From Tubiluchus corallicola (Eukaryota > Animalia > Priapulida), in NCBI GenBank assembly GCA_030141605.1, contig JAQGDQ010000128.1, forward strand, positions 463,771 to 527,770: 64,000 nt of DNA. Reading direction: 5' to 3'. Positions within the stretch are counted from its first letter, which is position 1. Each line of letters opens with the position of its first letter. Positions 50,824 to 64,000 of the stretch are shown here, piece after piece. The notes below the pieces were generated by a model that had not been told where the DNA came from, made no database searches, and saw only the letters and a list, made by a program, of their open reading frames with translations. The position numbers and the translations under genes are program-made.

Positions 50824-51411
50824 TATTAGTGAGATTCTAGCCCCATTTAGGATTCAAGTCCAAACTCTCATGCAGCTCTCTTTTTTTAGTAAAAACTGCA
50901 ACTCATTTATTAAAGTGAGAGGTTTTCTAATTCCAAACTTGGTCGATTTGCCCACTTCGTAGTCGTACCAAGATTTTGGTCAGTATGTGCTCCATACTGA
51001 ATGACAGAAACCCATTCCTTACCAACCGACCTTGTAATTTTAGATTACTAAAGGTAAAATTGTGTAAGGAATGGGTTTCTGCTTATCTGGGGGTAAATTT
51101 CTGTAATACCTAGCAGTAAATTAGTTGCTTCTCAACATTTGACAATATATATTCATTGTAGTAATTATATATACTTCTTTTTATCACTTCTGCCTATGCC
51201 ATCATACGTTTCTTTTTGTCATGTATAGTTACTGCATTCTGTAAATACTGTTAAAATATAGTATGGTTGTCTTGTTATTAAATTAGCTGTACTGGTTTTT
51301 GTTGATAATGTGTAGAATATTTTAATGTAGAAAACACATTGTTTCATTATCTCTCATTAGAAGTGCAATCAATAGTGCAGTAACCTGTGATTACTGATTG
51401 CTCCACATTTA

Positions 51412-51866
51412 CCGTATTTTCCCGTGTATAAGAGACCCTTGTGTATAAGAGACCCCTTCAATTTTTAGGCAAAAATTCTGGAAAAAAGTTTTTTCAGACG
51501 GACATTTTTAGAGGGTAAAGTACAACTTTTTTCAACTCAGTGCGGTACTGAAAACAAAATAAAACCAGTTAATGTGTTGTAGAAAAAGAGTACTGGTATA
51601 TATTAAAGTGCGTACCTGCAAACCTGTAACAGGAAAAGAGAAAACGAGGAGATAATGCCTGTGTCACGATGCTTGTATTGCTTACAACCGCTTCATAGTC
51701 GAACGCGACACGCAAAACAGTTGTAGAGCACTTATTTCTTTAAAATCATTAGTGTCACAATTTATGCATCTTATTGAAAAGACTTACTCCCATGTATAAG
51801 AGACCCCCTATTTTTAAAGTGAAAATTCTGAGCAAAAAAGGGTCTCTTATACACGGGAAAATACGG
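51412..51866. mobile_element. Tc1/mariner-superfamily (Tc2-like CCGTA ends) MITE (455 bp) with TA target-site duplication
   Basis: Perfect 29-bp TIR CCGTATTTTCCCGTGTATAAGAGACCCTT, flanked by TA on both sides, with internal copies of TGTATAAGAGACCCC. Confidence 0.92.
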
Positions 51867-53592
51867 TACTTGCTTACCCCAGAGGAGAACATGTGTAAGT
51901 GATGAGTTATAAGCATGCAAACAGTGAACATTAAGCATGCAAGCTCTAGCATTATTCACGTGAGTATATAGCAATAAACATAGCGGTCAATCTGCTAGTG
52001 CGATCAGCTGCTAGTTCACATTACCATTGGTTCATGACCACTTTACACATTTTTAACTAAGTTAGGCTTTGCTGTGTCATCAGTGCATTATTTATAATAT
52101 TGCTGTTCATAAGATATTTTTTATGGTAGGGCCTGCAAAACGTGAAACGGCTGATTGCCATTGATTGTAGTACTTCAGTTATAAAAAATTAGCAACACAA
52201 AAAATAGTAATTGATAACACTTTGATAAATTGCAACCAAACGAAGTTTATTAGCCTATTCATGTCTGATCCTGACAAAATTACAGATTGATTATTTGATG
52301 AATGTTCCATTGCGAAGAACATTAAACTCATGATTAGAACACATTCAAAATTAACTTGCTGCTAAATTTAACTTGATAGGCAGCTTTGTCATAAAATGAA
52401 AATGATAGGTTATCAATAAAAGTGATAAACAAATTGTTACTGACAGTTGACTGGTCCACTAAGTGTTTAAAAATACTTAACAGGTACAATAAGCTTTAAC
52501 AAATGCACATCTTTAACAGAGGGGAGACACCTATAAACTCCATCACTCTCTGAAGTAAGAACAAGCGTGTATTCTAATTTGGTCACTTCAGTAGTACCAC
52601 TGCACTATGAAAAGAGTGTAAGAACTACACTACTAAAAATAGACTTCGGTTCAGTTAAACTTCGGTTTAAAACTGCGAGAGGCAGCATCTCACAATACAT
52701 TCTTAATCAATTAATTCAGCTTATGATCTATTTAAAAGTTGCATTTATTGAAAATATTAAAAATTCATGATTTTCTGCTTTGGATTATTTGTCAATTTTG
52801 TACAGCTGAATTAAAGTACAATTTCTTATAAAGTTTTACATTTTAGAAATATAATAACTGCACCTGATGAAAGGCCCATCATTTTAACAATATGCTGTCA
52901 ACCTGCAGTTTAAAGGTGTCTCCACAGCACAAAACACTTCCATAAACCAACCACAAATGGTCGCACTGTTTGTCACACAGTTTGCATACAACGCTAGAAC
53001 AATGATATAATTATTTTTACAATTCAAATTTACAGAATTTAACTATTTACATAGTCATTTATACATATTCTGTATAATTAAGATCACTCGCATTGCTTAA
53101 ATACACACGTACATAACAATGCATCTATATTAATAAATGGAGGCATTTCCAAAATTCTCAGAAATCAATAAAAGGCAACAAAGTCCAAGTATGACAACTA
53201 CATTTACAACATAATAATAGATCTACAATAACGCATTTTAACTAAATGTGCATTGCTCATGCAAAGCAATTTGCTTAGTATGATTAAATTGGTCAAGAGA
53301 TTGTGTATCCTTTGATTTAATGTATCTAGCAGATTTGAAACTATAAATGGCTGTACATAAATTTTAGTATTTCATAGATAACATCTATAAGTATTCTACT
53401 ACAACATAAAGAAGAAAATCAAGTGACTATTTCAACAGAATTTTCGAATTCATAATAACTTGCATGGAAACCAAAAAATGTTCCCATCCACTAAACTTAA
53501 TTACACTCAAAACAATAACATCAGTCTATCGAAAAAAACTTATAGAGTTCTTTATATTTGCAAGACAAATAAGCTGTAAGCACCAATTAATG

Positions 53593-54275
53593 CAAGGTTG
53601 AAAAGAGAACTGTTTAAAATTTAAAAATGTGATTGATGGAAAATTTGTCCGAAAAATGTGTTGCTATGTTTCAGCACATACAGAAGAATAGCTCTCCAGA
53701 TAGTCGCAAGACATTCACGAGTGTTCGACGTTTGTCGCCAAAAGGTCGCTGGCTTGAGCAACATATTTTGAAATGTTTAAAGCTTGTCACAAGACTTCCC
53801 ACCTTGTCAAAAGTTCTCCAAATTGTTGAAAAATTATCTAAACATGCGCCAAACCTGTACAAATATCTCGCAAATTATTCACAATATTCATCAACAATTT
53901 CCAATTCCGCAAAAACTTCAAGACGCTTTTAAGAATCTCGCTACAATTTTTGCGACTGTTTTCGAATATTCTGGCAACATTTTGGAGAACCTCAGTTGTC
54001 CCACACTTCTTTCTGTGAAGTGGCCGTGAAATGATTGCAATCGTGCAACATTCAAAATGCCACATAAGTGTCACAGAAGTCGCCAAACGTGGGCAAACTT
54101 GTCGTACAAACTCTGGAAAAAACAACCTTAAATTCGCAAAAATGTGAAAATTGAGGGAAATCATTTAGAACTTTGCAGGAATGATTTGCGATAAAACACA
54201 GTTGCGGTAATTTTTTGGCGAGTGTTAGACTTTTCAACACTCACAGAAAAGTTGCAGTCCGCCCGTGAAACCCTG
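53593..54275. mobile_element. Possible degraded non-autonomous DNA element (CAGGG-type end, hAT-like)
   Basis: CpG-richer island in AT-rich DNA. The right end on the minus strand reads CAGGGTTTCACGGGCGGACTG versus left CAAGGTTGAAAAGAGAACTG. No clear 8-bp TSD. Confidence 0.35.
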
Positions 54276-54849
54276 CCTTTAGTGATTTAAAGTTTTTTTA
54301 TTAATTTGTTAGTTAGTTTGATTTAGTTTTTAGTTTAAACAGGATTTACATTTTTATGAAAAATGACAGACATCTTTGACAAATTGATGAAGCAGATTAA
54401 AAATAAACACTAACAACTCGGAACATGTCAAAATAATAAAGTGTTAGAAGTAATTGCAAAACAAATTGCTACATATATGTCATGAGAAAGTCACAACTAC
54501 TTTAAACTGTTGTAATAAAAATAGTCAATGCCATACTGTGAACATGTGGCATGTAGATATCATAAATTATATGTAGACCCAACAAATCTAGCCGCAGCAT
54601 GAGCAATAATAGACGTACCATAATCTTAAAAATTAAATGACAGCAAATGATTCGTTTTCTACAAAATGAATCTGCTACGATCTAGTATAGACTGTAGAAT
54701 GAAAATATGGAATGTCTTAACAAAACACAAAAAACGTTAATCATTTATTACTTATTTAACAGTGACTATCAAGACAAAAACTTGCTTAAATCACACACTG
54801 AAGTGCTTGTTGATATGGCAATGCAGGCGGATGCGAAAGAACCAATATG

Positions 54850-57800
54850 TTAGACCACTGTTCCACCCAACATGGATACACCGTTCGTTGGGGCAGCTAT
54901 CAAGTTGCCCTGCTGTTGTTGTTGCGGCGTTGTTAATCCAGGCTGCAAACATTAGAAAACAAAAAACCCATGAACAAACACAATTTTAGTTAGAACTTGC
55001 AATAGGTCAAAATTGATTATGAAATTACAGTTATGAAAAGGCAGCCAAGTTGTTGTTTTTCTAAATTCACATTCACTATTTAATTAAATCTAAGATAAAT
55101 AATAAAAAGACTAATAACAGGAGGAGAGAAATTCGAAAATTTCTAAAAAATGCAGTTTGCTAGCTTTAGCTTATCAGCTGACATAAAATTTAGGCTAAAC
55201 AATGTTTTCACATTAAGCTAACTAGTGTAATTTATAATTATGACTTTTTTTATTGCAATTTACAGCATAAATTCATGATCATATCAAAGTTGTGAACTTT
55301 GGAAGTATATCATGCATTGCTTCAGGAAGCATAAAATGCACAGCTGCCAAAAGGGAAAAAGAATGAAATGACTCTAGATAGTACACAATAGTGACAGTTC
55401 AGCTACTAATTTAGTTGAACCGTAAGTATTAATTTGAAAACAACCAATGCATTTCCTACATTTTAAAGGTTTTTGGAGACTCCAAATGGAACTAAGCCTG
55501 ATAACTACATGGGATTCTTGAATGTGTAGCATTAGATAATTTACTTAACACTAATGAGCTTCAAATTTGGACTTTGAATGAATCTTGATATGACAACTCA
55601 GCTACTCAGTACACACAATTGAAAAGATGGTTGTCACTGCACTTCAGCTTAGTGTTTATAAAAGGATTTATGATTTTTCTTTTATCTAGTTAATTATGCT
55701 AAAATATTAAATGCAAACTGTCAAAACAAATTTAAACACTAAACTCAAAAAAGAGGAAATAAAATAAAACTACAAAATGAAATTTACAGTTTTGTGTTTA
55801 ATTCTAGAATCTGTAAAGAAAGCAAGTACAGTATAATTAAAGTGCACGTGCACATATGTATATTTTACATAGTGCACGGCTATCGGTAAAATGATTTGGC
55901 AGATCTATGTGCTTAATATCCGCTGTTCTGCTTTGAGCATTAACTTGCTCAAAAAAATATAAAAGTCATTGATGAAGAGCCAACAGACAATTCACAAACA
56001 TTTATAAAATGACAGGCCATAGTTAAAATAAAGGAGTGGCAAAACTTTAGTGGTAAAATCTGAAAGCCCAACGCACTTTTGAGTCAACAAATTTTACAGC
56101 AAATTTTCTGTCAAACTTTTGTGTAGTCTGGAGCTAAGCCCAAATTCTTATACTCTACATTTAACAACTCTAAGTAAGTGATTTATTTTCTCATTGTCTG
56201 CACTCATTTGCCAACTTTCGTTAAAATGAATCATTTTGCCATTTATACGTACCACTTTCCCTGGACGTGCCCATGTTAGAACGCAACCTTCTTGACAGGC
56301 TGTTACTATGCAGTCCTCGTGGAAGCTCAGTGCTGTGAGCCGTTCATGTGATATCTTCTTGCACACGAGAGCCTCAAGCATCGGTGCCTCGTCAAGTCGT
56401 GGACACATAGATGTACCATAACACTTATAACACTCGTCTAATGATTTTGTGCTAGAGTTTACAGAGTTTGCCTTGTGTACACTTTTGCTAGCTAAACTAA
56501 AATGCCTCTTGTGCTCTTTGTCCTTCTTGTCACCGAGGGTTAATGACGCAAACTTGTGCGTCAGACTGGTTGACACAGTTGCTGTGTGCAGATTTCCATC
56601 TCCAATGGGAGAGTCTTTGACAGGCACAGCATTATTAGTTGAGTAACTGTTGCATTTCGAGCTTGCAGCAGCTGCTAGATGCGTACTAGTGCGATTACGA
56701 GGAGGAGGATGCCTTATAACATCCTCTGTCAAATCCCACAAACACAACTGTGTGTCCTGACCAACAGAACCAAAACGATAAGATGTTAGGTTGTGCGGAA
56801 CTCCCTGTAAAGTTTGACTATCTGTAGAATTTCTGTTAGATGCTGATGTGTTAACAGTGCATATATAGGAATCCGTTAACGTTGTGGTGTGGTTTGGCCT
56901 GCAGTTAGCTGCTGCTGACAAGTCCTCATCACTCATCTCATAATTATTATCACAGTTTGTCCCAATCACTGTTGTGTATTCGTCAAATGCAACAACGCTT
57001 ACATATGACTTGTGTCCAGAGCCGCGAGCGACAACACGTTTCTCAACGAATGACCAAACAGTTACAAGATCATCTTCGCCACCAACAACGATGTATTTGC
57101 TATCTGGGCTCCACGAAACACATAGCAAACCACCAAAATAGCTTCGCATCCCACCTACGTAGTCCATAGTGTCATAGTTGAATACACGGAGGTAACCATC
57201 TTGACTAACAACGGCTAAATACTTGAAGCATGGCGAAAATTCAAACTCACAAATCGCACCATCTCCAATTACCCACCTATACAAAGGATTACGAGTAGTT
57301 TTCGTTTTACACGTATGGACCGAATAGCTTTCACCCTGCTTAAAGATTTGGTAGTGGGGTGCAGTAGTACCACAAGGTAAGCCTTCATTGTACACATACA
57401 TCTGACCACTGGTATGTGCCACCAAGAACTGGTTAGTTGATCCCGGAATCCATCGCAAGCAAGTTACTTTGGATTTATCTATTAAACGCTGCAAAAAAGC
57501 AAAATTTGTAGTTAAAGCAAAAGCGGCCCCTATCTTAAACTGTAGGTCAAAACAATCTACTCTTCAAAATATTTTTCAAAAATATACACTATTTTTTTCA
57601 AAGATGACTTACGTGAAGGAATTATTACCACACAAATACAACTTCGCTGTTACATGCATTTCGCCATTCGCTAGTTAGACGGGCACCATCACCTGCACTT
57701 CGGAAATGCATTATACAAAAACAGGTACTGTACCTCTCAGTAACAGATGTGTTAGTTTCTGGCGAGCACACCCGTAAATTTGAAATTTGAATTTTTATCT

Positions 57801-60800
57801 TAAAAGATGCCTAGTTTTAATACAACACACTGACTGAATATCTTAGAGTAGCACTGTACTTCAATTTTCACTTTTGCAACAAGTGCAACAAGCTCGTAGC
57901 ATATTTTTGTTATTGAAAATTATGTTAGTTTGTAATGTCATCAATAGTTGTGCTCGCCCGCCGTTAATTAAGGCATTAATCAATTATCAGAAACACTTTT
58001 GCAGTATTAATTGTGTTAAAATGTATACTTTTTATCGGACTTGAAAATGGGATAGTATATGAAAAATCATCCTGTCTTCCTTTAACTAGAACCTTTTAAA
58101 AACAAGATGACAAGTGATGCAAGTCAGCTTCAAAAACCAAAGCGAATCAGTTCAACTTCGCTGGCTTAGTGCCAACTAACATAGAAAACAACTTATAAAA
58201 GCAGAACGTACTAGCAATAACTCAAATTCGTAAAAGTAAATGATCACGAAAAAATATCAAAACACTTTCATAGACAACACAAGATCCATTTCACGCTGCC
58301 TCTTGACTTTGTAAAAAGTTTTAATGACATGGGTTTATCTTAAAACTCATCAACAACTTATAACCCTTTATAAGATGCCTACCCAAACAAACAAGGCATA
58401 AACAATTTAAAATAATCGAAAAGCTGTAATTCATGCGAAGCGCGTTGATTACAGTCAAACCTGCTGTAAGGCCTACCTGTCTTAATGCCCAAATTTTTAG
58501 CAAAACAATGGCTATATCTGCATATATATGTATGCATTAACGCATCTCGTTATGATGCTAAACTCGCTTAATGTGAACTCTCTTTGCTGTCCTAGAGCAG
58601 ACGATATAAAGAGATATCACTGCATACTCATACATGTATATACTCTTTCAATTAAGCTCATTTTCAGCTGTTATACTATTGTTTAAAAATGAATATGCCA
58701 TTTTAGAAGTGACTTGTAAGTCTTCAAGCTACACCGTTTAACCTACCTCTTCATTAAATAGTTTGCTGGTCTCTTTTCGTATCGGGTCAATTAGCTGGAC
58801 CTGACCGGCAGAAAAACCGACTAGTAGTGAAGCAGATTCACTAGTAGAGGTCAATTTATTGAAATCATGGCAGGTGGGTGACGTTCCTTTGTACACTCGT
58901 TTATCTACTGGTTTGTTCAAGTCAGCTGCCTGAAAAGTAAATGAATGCACATGTTATGTCAGTCCAATGCAGAATTTGTTGAAATAGGAAATCTTTGAAC
59001 ATGGAATTTCATGAAATAAACATTTAGATTAAGTAAAGTGCAACTGGCTACAAATTCTAACTTGTGACAGTTTTTATTTGTAAAAAATTTAGTCCATATC
59101 CAGAACAGGGTTCTTCTGCTTGCATACCGTTTTTTGAGAATTTGCTTGTCAATGTTTGCAGCTGTACTTGCAAAGTAATTGACTTTTCAATTGACATTTA
59201 AAAAGTTCAACACAATTTTGTCACTATGTTAAAAGGATAAACCCAGCTCTGACAATGCGTGATGTCAATTTGCTTCAAAATTTTTTAAAGCTATAGTGAC
59301 CCTCAAACTCATAATTTTGATTACTTGATTCATTACAAAATAAATTTTATACAACAAAAAATGCAATGGTATTTATATTTTCATATTATGCTATTAACGT
59401 ATACCTTATATTATATATTTAGACAATCGAGAGAGCAGCACAATGAACAATAATTTAAACAAAAGTACTATCGAAGATTCCAGACTGTCCATTTGTTACA
59501 CTTGACGTATTAATATTTTTTAAACTTTGCAGCAACAGATTTAGACTTAACTAATCAAGTTTACCTTCTTTTCTTACATTCACCTAAGATCATATTGACA
59601 CATGTACATATCACACGACTAAAGCAAGAATTATGCACGTAATTAGCGCAAAAGACGTTAATGTACTACATTCAGATTCTGGCACGATTCACAAAAACTT
59701 TCAGTTTACATTTTGCTGGGCTTGTAAATCATTCACTTCAGATTCGCTAGATGAAAGGTTCATTTAAAATAATTTTAAAAATTAATTTTTGATATGAAAA
59801 ACTTCAGAGAATATTAGGCTAGGCAATAGAGATTAAATATAATCTTCAGCAATGAGTCCAAGTCGAGTATTGAGTCCAGGTATATTTGGAACTTCAATTC
59901 TTCCTATTTTTCAAGCTTGAGCCTAAAACCTAAATCCAAGTCAAAGATCAAAGACTCGATAATTATTAATTAACCGCAGTCCCAGTTAAAAATTCATGCT
60001 TTTAAATGTTTGATTGAAAATAGGCATTAAAATACTAATGACTACCGTTACCCAATGGCGTAGCTAATCATTGCAAATTTGTTTTGCAATTTGTGGTTTC
60101 ATATCCATTTAATTAAATTCAAGTTGCATTGAGAAAAACAATCCGGTAAAAGCAAAACTTCATCAAATAAGGAAAACAGTTTAAATACAGAAATTACTAA
60201 ATTATATAATTATTTCAACAGTGGATAATTTTTTATTGCAATTTTAATTTGGTATGTTTTCTTTTTTCTAGGTGCCCCTCAAGTTTTCATTATTGTATCC
60301 ATCTGAGGCTGTCTTGTAATACAACTAGTTTTGTATAGTTGCTCACACCAAAATTTTATTTCTTTAAACTAGCATTATGTTTTCTGAAATAACCTATTTC
60401 ACACTGTACAATTCAGCATAACTGGAGAGGTGAGTAAAAAGACTTTAGCTCTTCTTGCAAATACATTTTATTACATTTTCTCATGAAATGGAGTGTTGGC
60501 ACTAGGTAGCCAACTTGGCACTATTCGGTAGTCAACATCGTGCACAGTGAGATGGAGTGAACCTCAGCAGAGCGAACATGGGGGACTGCACTGTGATGAA
60601 GCGCACCTCGGTGGGTATTGCCCCCAGAGTATTGGTACCGTAGGCATGTATTCTGACGAAAATGATTCCACTAAGGTATCCAGTTACTACCCAGCCAGTT
60701 ACACACCACCGAGCTATACTCTGCTGCAGTACAGGTTTACACGTATTCCACCAAGGTACACTCCATTACACCATACAGCGCCTCACTTCATTGCGGTACA

Positions 60801-61230
60801 TTCCCCCTTAGTACACTCTTCGGAGGTTCATTCCGCCAAGGCGCACGACAACATCATAAACAGCGCCGCGGTAAAACGGCGATCATTAAACAGTCAAATG
60901 CATATGAATTGACTAATGTTATACATGTTACGAATAGGGAGAAAAATATCCAAAAAAGCTTTTGATTACCTTTCGGATACCCTTGTATGTATAACAATAC
61001 AATTCTTTGACAACGTTGAAAACAACAAGCGTCCTGTCACATTTATCACCATTACCAGGGTCATTCAAAGTTATAAAAGAAACCTTCACGGGCATAGTTC
61101 CTTGCGCGTTGTAGCCTATTCTGTTTGGTCTCGAATACTCTGACAACGACATTAGTTTATAGGTTCCTTCTCTGGTAATAAATTGTGTTTTTAAATCTTC
61201 TTTGCCCCCTCCCTCACTCGTCGTCGCCAT
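54850..61230 (-). CDS. WDR20: WD repeat-containing protein 20 (USP12/USP46 cofactor; WDR20/DMWD family), about 590 aa
   Basis: Minus-strand exons 61230-60970, 58929-58747, 57488-56253, 54942-54850 (TAA). Motifs: KTQFITREGTYKL..SEYSRPNR, AADLNKPVDKRVYKGTSPTCHDFN, SYFGGLLCVSWSPD, YRFGSVGQDTQLCLWDLTED, C-terminal GGTVV. Confidence 0.95.
60545..60845. mobile_element. Foldback-like repeat of degenerate ~15-bp subunits in WDR20 intron 1
   Basis: Left GATGGAGTGAACCTCAGCAGAGCGAAC reverse-complements to GTTCGCTCTGCTGAGGTTCACTCCATC, similar to right GTACACTCTTCGGAGGTTCATTCCGCC. GTACA(C/T)TCC-like motifs recur in the right half. GC-richer than the flanks. Confidence 0.5.
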
Positions 61231-63139
61231 TTTGCATCTATAAATACCCGGATGTTTTGTTTCATGTTTTCCTGCAACGCTTTAGTAAATACGGACATCG
61301 TTCGTGACTCCTTTGCTATTAATGTAGCAGCAAATTAAAGCTCGATGGTCAGTTTTCGCATCGTTTCATTCATTTGCTTAGGTTCAGATTTAGTACAAAA
61401 ATTTAGCTATATTACAAAAAAATCTTTTCAGAAATTAGAAATAAATATGAATCAACATAACATAATTAAAGCAAAATTTTTATTTTTGGAATAAATGAAA
61501 ATAGGATTATATGACTTCAAGGTAACACTGGACGCATGAAAGTAATAAAAAATCGATGCCACATCAAACTTTGTGTTTAGCTATCTTCTAAAGCATGCAG
61601 AAACAAGATAATTAAAAAATTCCAATGTTATTTTTTAACCTTTATCTCACAATTTTGTTCTCAAAATATCCTTCAGTCAATTCTGTTCTGCCAAACAAGT
61701 CACAATTTTATTCTACAACAACTTCAGGAAAAAGAACTTCGGCAATATTGTCCAGGTGTATATGCAGTATATACTAAGTCTTGTCATATATAAGGATCTT
61801 AGAACTGCCCTGATACGTCACATCAACATCACAAACTGTTTCTTTAAAATTCTGAGCTATCGAAGTATTCACTATTCAGGACCACGATGCACGGACGTCA
61901 ATGCATGATGCACGGCTTTTGTTTTTCACAGTTTTCTGTGAAATTTTTTTGTCCAACAAAATTTTTTCCTGACAAAAAACTGTTCTGGGAAAAACCTTTT
62001 CTGTGAAGCGAGTTTACCCTTAGAGGGTTACCAATGTACACGTACAGTGTGTAAATAAACGATAGGTGGCGACGGAATGTGAGTTTTAGCTTGTTTGGTT
62101 CTGGTTAGTTATATCCCCGATTTAGTAAAGTTACACATGCTGCTACATGCAATTAAAATTTTATACTGTGAAGATCGGGAAATACTCCGATTATGCATTT
62201 GTATTATCTGGTTAGATAGGCACAAAGAATATCACTATGTGGGATCCAACCAATGTAGAAAAGGCTCAACGACTTTTCTCTTTTTTGCTTCCAGATCCAT
62301 TTCCGGCAGCTAAACTCGTCCGCTATCTTTGGATCTTCTGATGCAATCGGATTTTGAAAACTTACTTCTCGTGCTGGTACCAGTACATTTCTATCAGCAT
62401 GCAGTTGAATACCAAAGAATTATTAATACTAATTATTAAAATAATTATTAGTTAATTGGTTATAACTTCCTTGATACATTATTATTATTCAGAAAGAAAA
62501 ATTCCACACATTTGGACTACGTGCTTGCTTGCATGAGAATTTAAAAGAGAAGAAAAAGCGATAGTTTAATTTAATTCATTTAGCAGCACTTTACTCTAGC
62601 GCATTTTCAATTGTTATAATGATGATGAATTGTAACTGATATGTAACATATATTAGTAACAGTATGCTATTGTAATTATCATATTGTGCATAAATACACA
62701 TTATTTAGTATTTATTATAATCAAATAAAGATGTAATACATAAATCAGTTTATATGGATCAGTGAGGTACAAATTACCCCACAATTACTTGAATTTTGAA
62801 ATTACTCTGTATTTTCAGCGGGTTCACTTTTCCTTCTCTTTCAGTCTGGATGCCACTTATCTCTAAGTCTAAGCCTAATTTAGTCTTATAGCACTATCTT
62901 ATATGATATACAAATTCATGATCTAGGGCTATTGAACTTAGAAACAGAAACCTACCAGTTCAATTAATTTTGTCAATGTTGATGGTATGTTGATGATGGT
63001 ACAAACCCAAATTTTATTTAATTTTCAAAATAAATTTGAGAAAGTTCATGGTGGCAATGATTGTGATGGCAGAAAATATTGTTGTTGTAATAATAATACA
63101 ACTAGCCAAACCCCACAAAAAGAATTTTGTGCACAAATC

Positions 63140-64000
63140 AACACACAACCCACACCACACCACTCCACCTCATCACACCACACTGCACCACACCATACCA
63201 CTCCACCTCATCGCACCACACTGCACCACACAATACCATCGCACCGCACCACACCATACCATGTACACACCACACCACCCACACCATACCACTTCACCAC
63301 ATCACACCACACTGTACCACACCATACCACTGCACCACCCACCCACACACCACACCACACCACCCACACCATAATACTCCACCACACTGCACCACACCAT
63401 AACACCACACTGCACCACACCACACCACCCACACCATACCACTCCACCACATCACAGCACACCGCACCACACAATACCACTGCAGCACACCGCACCACCC
63501 ACACCATACGACTCCACCACATCGCACCACACCACATCGCACCACCCACACACCACACCACACCACCCACACCATAATACTCCACCACATCACACCGCAC
63601 TGCACCACACCACCCACCCACCTACACACCACACCACCCACACCATACCACTCCACCACATCACACCACACCGCACCACACCATACCACTGCAGCACACC
63701 GCACCACCCACACACCACACCACACCACCCACACCATACGACTCCAGCACATCACACCACACTGCACCACACTGCACCACACCATACCACTTCACCACAT
63801 CACACCACACTGCACCACACCATACCACTGCACCACCCACCCACCACACCACACCACCCACACCATAATACTCCACCACATCACACCACACAGCACCACA
63901 CCATAACACCACACTGCACCACACCACCCACCCACCTACACACCACACCACCCACACCATACCACTCCACCACATCACACCACACCGCACCACACCATAC
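63140..64000. repeat. Complex CACCA-pentamer-derived satellite, continuing past the window end
   Basis: Degenerate pentamers (CACCA, CATAC, CACTC, CATCA, CACTG) build a recurring block CCACACCATACCACTCCACCACATCACACCACACTGCACCACA. Extreme C+A bias on the + strand. Confidence 0.95.

Noticed and set aside
53633-54240. Cluster of overlapping short ORFs
   Set aside because: No recognisable domain or splice structure; explained by the composition of a probable repeat.
57761-57959. 10-bp inverted repeat GGCGAGCACA / TGTGCTCGCC
   Set aside because: Too short, with no clear TSD; possibly an old MITE but not supportable.
62987-63993. His/Thr/Pro-rich and Val/Trp/Cys-rich ORFs
   Set aside because: Open in many frames on both strands because the satellite lacks stop codons; an artefact.

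Overview
AT-rich, intron-containing genomic DNA from an animal, probably an invertebrate; it is not prokaryotic. I reconstructed seven protein-coding genes by hand with GT-AG introns and consistent reading phases: the 3' part of BUB1 kinase (+), a long atypical E2F7/8 (+), cytoplasmic tryptophanyl-tRNA synthetase WARS1 without a WHEP domain (-), an intronless WBP11 (-), WDR25 (+), ISCA2 (+) and WDR20 (-). The window also holds a decayed CR1/L2-like LINE, several MITE-like elements with terminal inverted repeats, short hairpins, small tandem duplications and a CACCA-type satellite at the right end. The most unusual feature is the WARS1/WBP11/WDR25 block. An intronless copy of the splicing factor WBP11 lies between WARS1 and WDR25, which are a head-to-head pair in human. 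Splice signals suggest WBP11 and WARS1 may share one promoter and leader, with a single 5' splice-site choice deciding which protein is made. This is an inference from splice motifs and needs transcript data. No rRNA, tRNA or CRISPR array was recognised.
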